This document shows, piece after piece, positions 25,910-38,074 of a stretch of 64,000 bases of DNA. The DNA lies in the NCBI GenBank assembly GCA_016748015.1, contig JAAOMT010000769.1, forward strand, positions 20,657 to 84,656, read 5' to 3'. The stretch is from Geosiphon pyriformis uo1 (Eukaryota; Fungi; Glomeromycota). The translations under genes were made by a program, and so were the position numbers. The notes beneath the pieces are model-generated. The model saw only the letters and a program-made list of their open reading frames with translations, ran no database searches and was not told the DNA's origin. Positions within the stretch are counted from its first letter, which is position 1; the number at the start of each line of letters is the position of its first letter.

Positions 25910-28677
25910 TGTTGTTTTGGTTGGTCTGAGTGGCTGGTTACGTGTGGAAAATACATGATTCACTTCTAGTTTAGATCATTTGAATAATGTATAGTACTAG
26001 GTTATATTTAGATTTCACTCATTAAACGTAATAAAAAAAAAAATAATAGGGTCTTAATTGGATTAAGTTATAAAAAATACACAATTTATATTTGTGTTTA
26101 ATTATTATTAATAAATACATGTATAAATTATTCAAAATTTAACCAATAACTTTACAGTTAAATTTTAAAAATATAATTTTAATAGTTAAAATATCAATAG
26201 TTATAATACAATACATAAATAATAAAATTAATTATACACTTTAATTAAAATCAGTTTAATATTTTTTGAAAAAATTATAACAGCTGTATTATTTTTATTA
26301 CCAATTTTAAATTATTTTCTATTTTTGAATTTTTTTGAAAAATTAGCAGCTATAATTTTAAGACCAATTACATTAATTTACACTTTATTTTTATTAACTA
26401 TTTTTAATCTTTAAGTATTTTTTAAGAATAAATATTATTATTTTTTTGGTTAATTATCTATAAATGATCAGTAAAAATTTAAATATATTGATTTTAAACC
26501 ACATTAAAAATTATAAAAACAATTTAAATTTTATTAAACAACAAAACAAAACAAAACATTTTTTAAGAAAAAAATGTAAATTGCTTTAGTATAAACTTTT
26601 GCTTTTTAAAACTTTTATAAATTTATTTATCAAATTTTAAAATTTGCCATATCTTTATTAAAGTAAAATTTTTATTGTAAATTCATTTTTATATTAAACA
26701 GTTATGGTTATCAAAATTTAAAAGATAACAAAAAAGTTTTTTTATTACTCATTATTAATTATGACAAAAATAAAAAAAATTAAAAATATTTGTTGTTTTA
26801 TTGTATTTTATAGTTTTTTTTTTGATTTAATTTTTTATTTATAAATTTACTGTAATAAATTTCAATAGCATCTTTTAACTTTAACAATAAAGAGTAAAAA
26901 TTAACTACAAAACACCAAATTTCTTTATAAATTTATAAAATATTTATTATAAAATAATTTATTTTTATTAAACATATTTATATATTTATAAATATTAATA
27001 CTTATAAAATTATTACTAATAATTAAAATTTTTTATATTTAACTTTTAATTTCAAATTAATATTATATTTATAATTTATTAAAAAATTTTAAACAAAAAA
27101 AACAATTTTGAGTTTTTTATTCTATTAAAATTAAACAAATAAACTAACTTTTTAATCCAATCTTTAAAAACAAAGTTTTTAGTAATAATTATATAATATT
27201 TATAAGACTTTAAATTAGTAAGTAAAATATTAATTACAAGTTTTTAAGTATTTATATTTTTTTATTTATATTTTTTTTGACAATAGTATTTAAAATATTT
27301 TTATTTTGTCATATTATATTTGAATATTTAAAATTATATAATTATTTTTTGTAATTATTAAAAGTTTTTTATGTAGAATCTTTATTAAATAAGTTTACAA
27401 ATTAACAATTAAGCAGTTAACAAACTTAAACTTAATATAATTATTAGAATACTAAATTATAACAAATCTTTTTTAATTAACATATTTAGTTAAAGTATTA
27501 ATATATTATATAATATATTTAGCTTTTATAAAGTACAATTTACAAAAATATATAGTTTTTTTTACAATATACAATGCATTACCAAAAATATTGTTTAATA
27601 TATTAATAAAAATTTCAGTTTTATTTATAATATATATAAATTATAAATAATATTAATATTGTTTTTTTTGTTTTTATTGAATAATATTAAAAATTGTGGT
27701 TTTACCAAAATATGAATTTTACATATTATTTAATTGACAATTACAATAAATAAAATTAATAAATTAACAAAATTATAATAAAAATAATATTAATAAAAAA
27801 TCTTGAATTTATATATTTTTTATAATTATAATAAATTAATATTAGATCTTTAGTCGAAATGTTTTTTATAAAAAATAAATCTTTCAATATAATAAATTAT
27901 TTAAATTTAATATTCTGAAAAATGATATTTAAGTATCAAATTATAAAGTTTTATTTTTTGAAAAAAGAACTTAATTTTAATTTAGACAATTAATTTTTTG
28001 AAATAAATAAATAAAATTCAACTGTAATAAGTAATTTTTGTGTTAATTAAAAAAACTCGAATAGAAAGATAAAACAATATTTATTCTTAAATAATTAATA
28101 TAAATAAATTTAATATTTAGCTTCTTTAAATTAAAAGCTCAATATATCATATAAAATAAATAATACTTTATTTATTTTATTAAGTTCTTAATACAGTTAA
28201 TGATGATCTAAATATTTAATTAGATATTTATATAAAATTTTTATAATTCTAAAGAAGTTTTTCTGTATTTATTAGATTAAATATTAAATTTTAATAATTC
28301 TAAAAAATATTATTTTATAATAAAGTTTTTTATTTATAATAAAACGTATATATTTAACAAATAAAAAATTAAAATTATTTTTATTAACAAATTAAACTAT
28401 AAAATATTTAACTTTTAATATTTATTTTGTTTTGTTTAAATTATGTTTCAATTTCATTAATTGAAAATATAACAAATCTATTTGTAAATTTGATATATTA
28501 ATTTAATTTTTTTTAGTTAATTTGTATAATTAATTTATAGAAATATTATTTTTAAAAAGTTTTGTTATGAATAAATCTTTTATTTTTATTTATTTACTTA
28601 GCTATAATTAATTATATATATTAGTTACTAATATCATTAATTAGCCATTTTATTTTTAAAACTTGTTATTGCTATAA

Positions 28678-28785
28678 TTATTAACTTGATTAATAACTTA
28701 ATTATTGACTTAGTTATTAATTTAGTCATTAACCTAATCAATAACTTGATTATTAAACAAATCATTAATGTAATTACTAACTTAA
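28678..28785. repeat. Degenerate 12-bp-period tandem repeat, about 9 units
   Basis: ttattaacttga ttaataacttaa ttattgacttag ttattaatttag tcattaacctaa tcaataacttga ... Confidence 0.7.
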
Positions 28786-30847
28786 TCTTTAATTTTTTTT
28801 TGAGAATATATAAACAAGATTTTTTAAAACTGTAAAAAAACATTTATACTTAAATTATAGATCAATACAATAATATCAATTCTTTTATTTATTTTTTACT
28901 ATTTATTTATTTATTTTTTTTAATTTGTATAATTATTAATTTTTATAAATATATTAAATAAATATTTATTTAAAAATACAATTGCTATTATTTAAAGTAA
29001 AATTATCTATTTATTAATAAATTATTAATTACTATTTAATTTATGTTATTATTATCACTTAATTGAATTATTTTCTATTCTTTGTTCTATCAATAATTTG
29101 TGCTAATAATAATTAATATTTAATTATATTAGAACAATAGCTCTTGATTATAGCTATTAACAGAATACTTATTTTTTAATTTAGTTGTGTTTACTAAAAT
29201 TGATTAAAAAAAGCACTAAAATTATAACATTAAAAATTATTTATTAAAAAACATTAAAACAAAGCATAAAATAAATAATAAAAATTACTTATTAAAAAGA
29301 TATATTTATTAGAATAAATTAGTTATTAAACTGAAAAGTTAGATACTATAATAAATTGTATAAAAAAAAAGCTTTCTTTTTAAAAAAATATATTTTAATT
29401 AGAATGAATCTTTATTTAAACTTAAGTTATTTTTTTTATAAATCAATTCAAATAAAATTTAAATTAAAAAACATAAATCTTTTAATTATTACTTAAATTT
29501 ATTTTTTCTTATTAAATTTTAAAATTAATTAACTATTAATTTTAGTAATTATTAATAACTTCTAAGCCTAAATTTAAAATAATTTTTTAACCCATTTTTT
29601 ATTTTTATAGCAAAATAATTACACATATTTTAAAAAGCTTACAGATAAAATTTTTCTGTAAAAAAATCAACTTTTATCACAAAATTAGCCATTTTATTAT
29701 AAATTCAACAGAATATATAATCTTAAGTATAAAAAAATACTTTTAAAAAAATTAGCTTATTAGAAATTCACAAACTTTTATTAATAACAGATTACAATAA
29801 AACAAATATTAATAATATTAATAAAAAGTAAAAAAACTTTTGGTAACAGCATTTAAAAAATATGTTTTTGTTTTTTCTTTAATAATTATTATATTATTTA
29901 CTATTTATGTTCGGAATTTTATAAATAATTTATAAATTGGCTAATAGTAAATCTTGTTTAATTTTTAGAATTATTAGTTAAAGCAATACAAAAAATCCAA
30001 AAACCTTTAATATTAATCTTATTATAATTAATTATAATAGCTTTAATATAATTTAAAACCTAAAAATTAAGATTTTTTAGTCTGTTATCAATATAAAAAC
30101 ATTGGCTATTTGACATAAAATTGTAATAATTTACTAATGTTTTCTTTAATTATAAGAAATAACAATTAAATTAATAATAAAATTAATAATAGTTAAGCTT
30201 TTAATTCAAATACAAATTAGGCTTATATAAACTTTTTTAAAAAAATTTTTTTAAAAATATAAGTTTTTAAATTAATAAACATATCTTTTAAAAATAAAAA
30301 TACAAGCCAAAAAAAAAAGTTTTTTTGTTTAGTTTTAATTTAATTAATAATAACATAGAATTACAAAAAACTAATAGCAAACTATTAAGTTATATCAGAT
30401 TTAAAAAACAGAAAATAAATTTCAATCTGAATTTTAATACTACTACTTTAAAAATATTCAAAAATTTATCAAAATTAAAACTATCAAAAATTATTCAAAA
30501 ATTAAATTTTTATTTAATAGTTAATGATCTAATAAAAACACCTGTTTATATTATTTTTGATCACTTTATAATTTATTCACAATTCTGAAAAAACTTTCAA
30601 AAATTTTTAATATTCAAAAAATATATCCAAAGATTAACAAATGTTTTTAATAAAATAATATTTCTCTTATTTGTAAAACACAAATATTTAGATATTTTAT
30701 AAATTGATATTAAATACAATTAGAAAAAAAGTTAATAAACTATTAAGAATTAATTTAGTTATAACAACTTATTACAAAAAAAATTTGTAACAACTTCGAA
30801 AAAGCATGTGATTTAATATTTTGACACGTGACTTTATTTGTTTCGTC

Positions 30848-30877
30848 GATCACTGCGCCATATATGGCGCAGTGATC
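30848..30877. repeat. Perfect 30-bp GC-rich palindrome GATCACTGCGCCATA|TATGGCGCAGTGATC
   Basis: Exact self reverse complement. It extends to 30844-30881 with one mismatch. Confidence 0.97.
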
Positions 30878-31299
30878 AACGTCTCAATTTGTTTTAAATT
30901 ATGTAATATTAATTATTTTTATTAGTTAAAAATAATTACATATATTATATTATATAGTTTTTGAATTTGATATATATTATTTGTATATTATAGTACAAAA
31001 ACACATCAAAATTTTTGGTGTAACTGCTTTTATTCTTGCACAACAAAAAGTTTTTTTTGTTTAAACAGTACATAAGTTACAAGAAAAACTTATATATTAT
31101 GAATATAAACATAAAAATTTGTGTACTAAATATAAACTATAAATTTTAAAGTGTTAAAGACAACAAGTTACACAAAATTTAATTCTTCAAACTATTTTAG
31201 ATAATATTCACTTAAATATATTAATTATAATTATAATTGTAATTAATAGTATAATAGCAATTTTAAATATAATCATTTATATGTTATGTATTGTATTAA

Positions 31300-33930
31300 G
31301 ATTAATATTTTAGTATAAATACAAGACAAAAAAATAACCAGTTTGCTTTTAGAGAAAAGTATATATATATTTCCAATAAAAAATTATGTATTAAAAGATT
31401 AAAGTTATTTCTATCCTAATTTAGAATATATTTTTAATGTAAAACTGGTTAATCAATTCCAGAATTATGTCAATAAAAACCTATTTCAATTAAATAATTA
31501 AGTGCTTATAAATAAATATAAGATCTTTGGTTATAATTTTAATCATATTTAGTGTCAAATTTTTTTAAATTTATTTAGCTATAAAATTTTGCACCAGTTA
31601 TGTTTTTGAAACATAAAAAAATATCAATATAATTATAAAGACTTATAATAAACAACAAAAATTTGAAGTTATTTAAAAGAAATTAGAATAATATTCAGAT
31701 GACAGCATTAAATATTGCACTTTTGGATGTAAATTTGGTGACCAATATAAACTAAAAAAAAAGATTAATGTTTAAAATTATTAAAATACCAAATTAAAAC
31801 ATTAAGAATATAGTTGGCATATCAATATTAACTGCACTAAAAACTTACATAAAATAACTCATATTATTTTTAACAATACACATAATTATTTATTATATCT
31901 TAACATTAGAAAATATGCTTTGATATATTAAAAAATTTCAGATAATATTCTTTAAAAAATTTAATTTTTAACAGAATATACAAATTTATTAATTACCATT
32001 CATAAAAAATTATTAAAAGTAAAATTTCTAATAGCATCTATTTTTAATTGTAACTTTATGAATGCATTACAAAGATTTAAAGTTTATGACAATAAAAAAC
32101 ACAATATATTTTACTTGTTAACAACTCTTATAAATTGCAAATCAAATAATTTTAAATAGGTTATAAAATTTAAAATTAATAAAAATTGGCTTACTTGTAT
32201 ATTTTGAATGTCTTCTGTACAAGTTGTTCTTTGGTTAAAGTATTATAATATTGTTCTAAATGACAATACAGCAAAGACTAATTATTATTAGATGTCATTT
32301 TCTCTTTTTTTTATTGTAGACAATAACACAAAATTTTATTTCATTGTACAAGCTCTTATATTAAATGAAACTGCTAAATTGTATAAATAGATTTTAAAAT
32401 GCACAAAAAAAGCAATAATAACAGAACCATTAAGGTTTATTACTAATATTAATTCTATAATAGATACAATAATTGCTTAAGTATACAAAACAATTTATTA
32501 AATTCATTGTATTTTTTACATTAAAAAAAACCTATCAAAATAACTTAAATCAAAGCTTCACAATCAATATAAAAGCTTTGTTTATGAATTTTTTTTATGT
32601 TACAATAGTTTATGTAAAAAAATTTTTATAAACAATGATTACAACTTACTAAAATATATGTTAATACTAAAAATTATCTATTAAGAGCTTTTTATTTCAG
32701 TTGACAAATAATAGTCTATGTATTTATATTAAAATATTTATTACAGAAATTCAAACTATTTCTTACATTAAAGATCTTAATAATATTATTAAATACATGC
32801 TTTTAGCAAATAGCAGTTTGTGATTTTGTTAATACATTAGATATAAACTGGAAAATAAGACAAAATAAAGTTATTTTTTTTGAATATTATATACTTTTAT
32901 TTTGTATAAAAATCATATTAGTTGACCACGATTTTTTTTCTGAGATTAACAAATAAATAATTCAATACTTTATATCTTATATCTTATTTATAAAACATTT
33001 AAAAATGGCAAAATATTTATACTTTATTATAAGTTAATTATTATTGAATATTAATACTTATATTAATAATAAAATTTATTTCTTAATATATTTTTTTAAA
33101 TTATTTATCTAACAACATTTTGATATTTAGGATTTTAATTTTAATATAATAAATAATTTTATTAAAAATGTATATAATATAAAACAAATTTTATTGAAAT
33201 TAATAGTTGCTAAAATCAATAAAAAAACATTAAAAAAGTGTAGAAAGTCACAAACCTATGACCAAAAAACAGCAAATATTTATATTTTATTATAATTATT
33301 AATTCTGTTTCTTATTTTTATTCATGTTTATTTAATATATCTTATAGTATTATTTATTGCTATTATTTTTAAGTGATGTTATATTCAAAAATTGTGAAAT
33401 TTTACATTCAAATAATACTTTTGTAATAGTATACTAATAAAAAAAAGACAATAATTTAATTATTAAAGCTTTTTGCTTTGTAAATTAAGAGACTACAAAA
33501 ATTTTTTCTAATAAAATAGTAATTCCAAATTTTTTAACTATACCTAAAACCATTACTAATGTTTTATATCTTATAACACAAAGAAAACAAAAATAGAATA
33601 AAATGTAAAAACTCACATAACAGGCTGTTTAGTATGCTATTAAACATAACAATTATAATAAGATAATAATATGATTAAAGCAATTTATTAACCAACATAA
33701 AAAAGTAGTGCTTATATTTCAAAATCAAGACTAAGTTCTGGAGAACAATTAAGTTGATAATGTCAATAAAAAAAATAAGTTTGAGCAAATTGAAATCTAT
33801 TAGTATTATTACATAAAGAATGCTTAAAAACCAAACATTATAAGTTTGCTATTGAAAAAAAAACAAAATTATGTACAAAATACACTTTTTGTAAATGTAA
33901 TCTTTTAGGATACAATAATACAAAATATTA
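31300..33930 (+). mobile_element. Fossil MULE (Mutator/FAR1-related) transposase; boundaries approximate
   Basis: 32208-32560 reads MSSVQVVLWLKYYNIVLNDNTAKTNYY*MSFSLF/IVDNNTK...QALILNET..Y.*IL...FITNIN.....I..VY.....IHCIFYIKKNL, matching the MULE core D-T-KTN-Y-MPL, A-DE, TD-D and HC-H motifs after G->A/C->T decay. Confidence 0.8.
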
Positions 33931-35148
33931 AAATTAAATAAGATTTAGTCAATTATTTGTTTATTTTTTACTTTGCAATAACTAAATATTGCATTTATTT
34001 CTAGTAAAATTAATAATATGTATATTAAAATTGATATAAAAGTATTAAAAGCAAAGTATTATACCATAATTTTTGGAATTAAATAGTTAAAAAAAGTAAA
34101 ATTTTTTTTAGATTATAAATTTTATAAATTTACAATTTGTAGTAAAGCCATATTAATTACAATTGAATACTAATATTAAACTATTTTTTTTGTAATAATT
34201 TAACAACAATAATTACACTACAATAATAATAATAAATTTAATAATTTTGATAATTTTAAAGAAAAAAAAGATGGTAAAAAGACCTAATTAATTTTTACTA
34301 TTTTTAATAATAATAAAAAACTTTTAGATAATATATATGTTAATAATCAAATATTGATTGTTAATAGAAAAATCTATTTATTATAATATATTTAAAAGGA
34401 TATTCAAATAACAACTTAAAAAAAAATTTATTAATAATATAGTTTTTGTATATAATACTAATACAACTATTTTTTTACTCCTTAATAATAAATACAAATT
34501 ATGTTTATTATTATTTAAAGATTAAGAATCGGTCAGCTTAATTCTAGATAAAAAAAGCAAAGTAGTATAAAAAACATTTAAAAAAAAGTGTTTAAAATTT
34601 AATTCTTAATAATTAAACATATAAATAAAACCAAAAATATCCAGTCTATTTATTTAAAATATTATTAATTAAATTAACAAAATAATAAATTTATCAAAAA
34701 AAAAATTAAATCAAAAAATTAAAATTTATACAAAAAACCAAGAATCAATGAATATTTTTGTTATAATAATATCTAAGAAAAAAAAAATTATAATTTTGTG
34801 TTTATTATTATTAATTAAATACAATTACTAAAAAAAACATGTATTTTTTACTAAAAATTAATAATAATACTTTTAATCAATTTAATAGCTTAGCATATTT
34901 TACAAAAATTGATTTAACTGTTAAATTTNNNNNNNNNNNNNNNNNNNNNNNNNNNNNNNNNNNNNNNNNNNNNNNNNNNNNNNNNNNNNNNNNNNNAACG
35001 AATTTAATTATAACATTAAATATTGCAAAAAAACAAACAATTAAAACATAGATATTTTATTTCGATTGGTTATTCAGTAAAATAAAACAAATCAGTAAAA
35101 ACTAATAAATTTAATTATTAATAATATATATTAAAACCAAATACAACA

Positions 35149-36250
35149 ATGGACTTAGAAAACTACTTAGCATTTATCAAATTTTTGAATAAAAAATAAT
35201 ACTCACTAAAATATAATTGACATCAAAAAGAACATTTGTAAAAACAATCAAATTTTTATTTGATTTGCCAAAACCAATTATATAAAAAAAAAACCAAAAA
35301 AATCTTAATTAATTACAAAAAATTATTTAATTTAAAAAAAGAGAAATCAGGATTTATAATATACATACCGATTTTTTAACAGAACATTTCAGAAAAACAA
35401 AAACTATTTAAAAAACATTAACACAATATTATTGGTTAATATTAAAAAAAGATATAACAAAATACATTATAACTTATCATATTTGCTAATAAAAAATAAA
35501 TCTAATCGAAAAGAAAACATTTATTCCATATTTGTTAATTAATCTTTTAACAGAATTGAAATTAATGTTGTAAACTACTTAACAATAACCTTTAATAAAA
35601 ATAAAAATATTATAATAGTAACTAATTGCTATTTCAATAGCCAATTTTATCTATGAAAAATTATATATAGATGTAAATATTTTTAAGAATTACTTTCAAA
35701 TAGAAAAAAAGCTTTTTTTAGCTTATTAATAAAAAAACTATTAAAGAAACTTGAAATATATCACAAATTTTTTTCTTTTTATTATTTACAAATTAATAGA
35801 TTAATAAAATATTTTAACTGAATACTTTATAAAACTTTAGCAAAAACTAGTAAAAAAATAAATCTATAGGACAAAGTTTTGTTTTCAGCTTTTTTTGTTT
35901 ATAGAACAGTAAATTATAACATAACTGATTATGAACTTTTTTATTTATTTTATAAATATATAATAATATTATCTATTAAAACTAATATTGAAACAATACT
36001 CTTTAAAGAAATAACAAAATTAAGTTATAAAAACTTTTTACAATAAAAATTTAGAACAATTTTAGACTTTTTAATAAAAACACAAATAATTGTTTATAAA
36101 AAAATAAAAACATTTCAAGAAAAACTTAAAAAAAAGAAAATCAAAACAATATTTTTAGTAACAAATTTTTAAGTTAATAAAAAAATTATTCATAATTAAC
36201 AAAATATTAAACAATAAATTTTATATATTGCAGAATTAATATAAAACAAT
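35149..36250 (+). mobile_element. Fossil retroviral-type integrase (Ty3/Gypsy- or Ginger-like)
   Basis: Decayed HHCC region IHTDFLTEHFRKTKTI...QYYW...KDITKYIITYHIC** followed by SFNRIEINVV (consistent with PFDRIGIDVV). Confidence 0.65.
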
Positions 36251-36257
36251 ATTTAAT

Positions 36258-36315
36258 CTGTCTCTTATACACATCTAATTGTTTTATGGAATATGAAGAT
36301 GTGTATAAGAGACAG
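36258..36315. other. Tn5 mosaic-end (Nextera adapter) pair: library/assembly artefact
   Basis: Exact CTGTCTCTTATACACATCT at 36258-36276 and AGATGTGTATAAGAGACAG at 36297-36315. The 20-bp spacer duplicates 36430-36449. Confidence 0.97.
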
Positions 36316-38062
36316 GAGAAGTGAAGTGGATAATAAAACTGATACCAAAGTAAGAGAAGAATCTACCTTATAATTTACAAGGGGTATAAAACGAGAAATG
36401 GAACAAAACTTTTTTATCGAAAGTCTGAAAATTGTTTTATGGAATATGATGTGTATTTATATCTGTTTTGTAAAGGTTATCATATATGAGAAAATTTAAC
36501 ATTGCACAAAACAATTTGCACACATCAATCGACTTCTTATGATAATGGAATTGGTACTTCACAAGATCAAAGAAAAGCATATGAGCTCTATTCAAAAGCT
36601 GCAGAGACAGGTAAGATAAAGGTACAATAAAATCTTGCACTTTGTTATGCTAATGAAGAAGGAACGACAAAATTTTTTTAAACTCTATTCATCAAAAGCT
36701 GCAGAGACGAGACATTTAAAGGCACAATTCAATCTTGCACTTTGTTATAACAATGAAGAAGGAACAAAAAAAATCAGAAAAATCATTTGAACTCTATTCA
36801 AAAGCAGCAGAGGCAGTGATACAAATGCACAATACAATCTTGCACTTTGTTATGCTAATGAATGGGGAATGACAAAAAATTCAGAAAAAGCATTTGAACT
36901 CTATTCAAAAGCAGCAGAGGCAGTGATACATATGCACAATACAATCTTGCACTTTATTATGCTAATGGATGGGGAACGACAAAAAATTCAGAAAAAGCAT
37001 TTGAACTTTATTCAAAAGCTGCAGAGGCAGGAAGTTTAGTCACAAAAATAGTTCATGGTACATATTACTGAAAACAAATAGAAATAACAAAAGATCTGGA
37101 AATCCGAGTCTACAAAGGAGTATCGAAATATATTATCGAAATGGATGGGGAACAGTAAAAAATTTCAAAGAAACATTTGAATTCTATTTAAAACAGCAGA
37201 GGTGGGAAATCAAAACGCACAATATAACCTTGGATGGTGTCAGGAAAATGTATAGGGAATCACAAAAAACCTAGCAAAGCATTTGAACTCTATTTAAAAA
37301 CAGTGGAAGTAAATGACCTATGTGATTTTTCTGATTTGAATTTCCATGACTTTACTTTAATGAATCCAGACAATCTGGAATATATTATTTTACAATTCCA
37401 AAATCGAAGCTTTAAATACCCAGATAATTTAAGAGTAGAACTTTTAGATTTTGAAACTTTCTTTCATCAGCTTTCAGATGAATTCAAATGTTTTAAATGT
37501 GGCAACCTGGGGCATAATCATTAATGGATCTGCTATATGTCCATTTTGTGAATTTTCATGATTATCAAAGATTTGGAACAAGCAGAAATGATAATATTGA
37601 TCCATATATATAATATACACAGTGTAGTTCTGAAAACTGCGGAGGCGGCCTGAGATTGATTTCTTCTAACGAGATTATATATTTAAATCAGGTAGAAGCG
37701 GGAGTATTTGGTATTTTTAAAGAAGATGGATGAGGACAAGAAAATTCAAAAGTATGAACGAACTGGGGTTACAAAAGTTAAAGTATCTTAAAAATAGTCA
37801 AAATATAAAATATATTAATTCAGATGAGGTATTTCCTTTTAAGAAATCTATGTAATTTTTATTATCCCTATTTCTTTTCTAACACTAAAAATTGTATTTT
37901 TATAGTTTATTGCGCATCATAAAAATGCCGCTTGCAAATACATCCTTGAATGCTATGGAATAACTAAAGATGTTACAACCGATGGATTTGTTATGGTTTT
38001 ACCATTTGGGGAACACGGGAACCTCAGAGCTTTTCTCAAAATGAACGAAAACACTCTTACTT
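36316..38062 (+). pseudogene. Sel1-repeat + protein kinase pseudogene, 3'-truncated
   Basis: About 6-7 Sel1 repeats (KAFELYSKAAEA...AQYNLALCY) at 36570-37310, then Cys-rich CFKCGNLG, then kinase N-lobe remnants (KYLKNSQN; YILECYGITKDVTTDGFVMVLPFGEHGNLRAFL). Multiple frameshifts. Confidence 0.85.
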
Positions 38063-38074
38063 CGTCATATTGTT

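Larger units (their letters stand above)
19290..26041 (+). mobile_element. Full-length non-LTR retrotransposon (L1-like LINE with RNase H), inactivated
   Basis: ORF1, ORF2, a 3' UTR and a poly(A) tail (26033-26041) are present. TSD AATAATAGGG lies at 19280-19289 and 26042-26051. A single-copy empty site is in the left arm at 1089-1098 (reverse complement). Confidence 0.96.
15553..27839. repeat. Right arm of the inverted duplication, interrupted by a LINE (19290-26041) and ~710 bp absent from the left arm (~26560-27270)
   Basis: Colinear reverse-complement match to 1-4894 on both sides of the insertions. Confidence 0.95.

Noticed and set aside
30825-30832. Point centromere (CDEI GTCACGTG plus AT-rich CDEII)
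   Set aside because: There is no CDEIII at the expected spacing, and point centromeres of this type are a Saccharomycetaceae feature.
30848-30900. Helitron 3' terminal hairpin
   Set aside because: No CTRR terminus at the expected distance on either strand, and no Rep/helicase remnant recognised.
36258-36315. Miniature Tn5/IS50-like element or bacterial horizontal transfer
   Set aside because: It is an exact match to the synthetic mosaic end used in Nextera libraries, not natural OE/IE ends, and there is no transposase.
36570-37310. CRISPR-like or non-coding repeat array
   Set aside because: The units are ~108-bp Sel1 protein repeats with no unique spacers, in a eukaryotic context.
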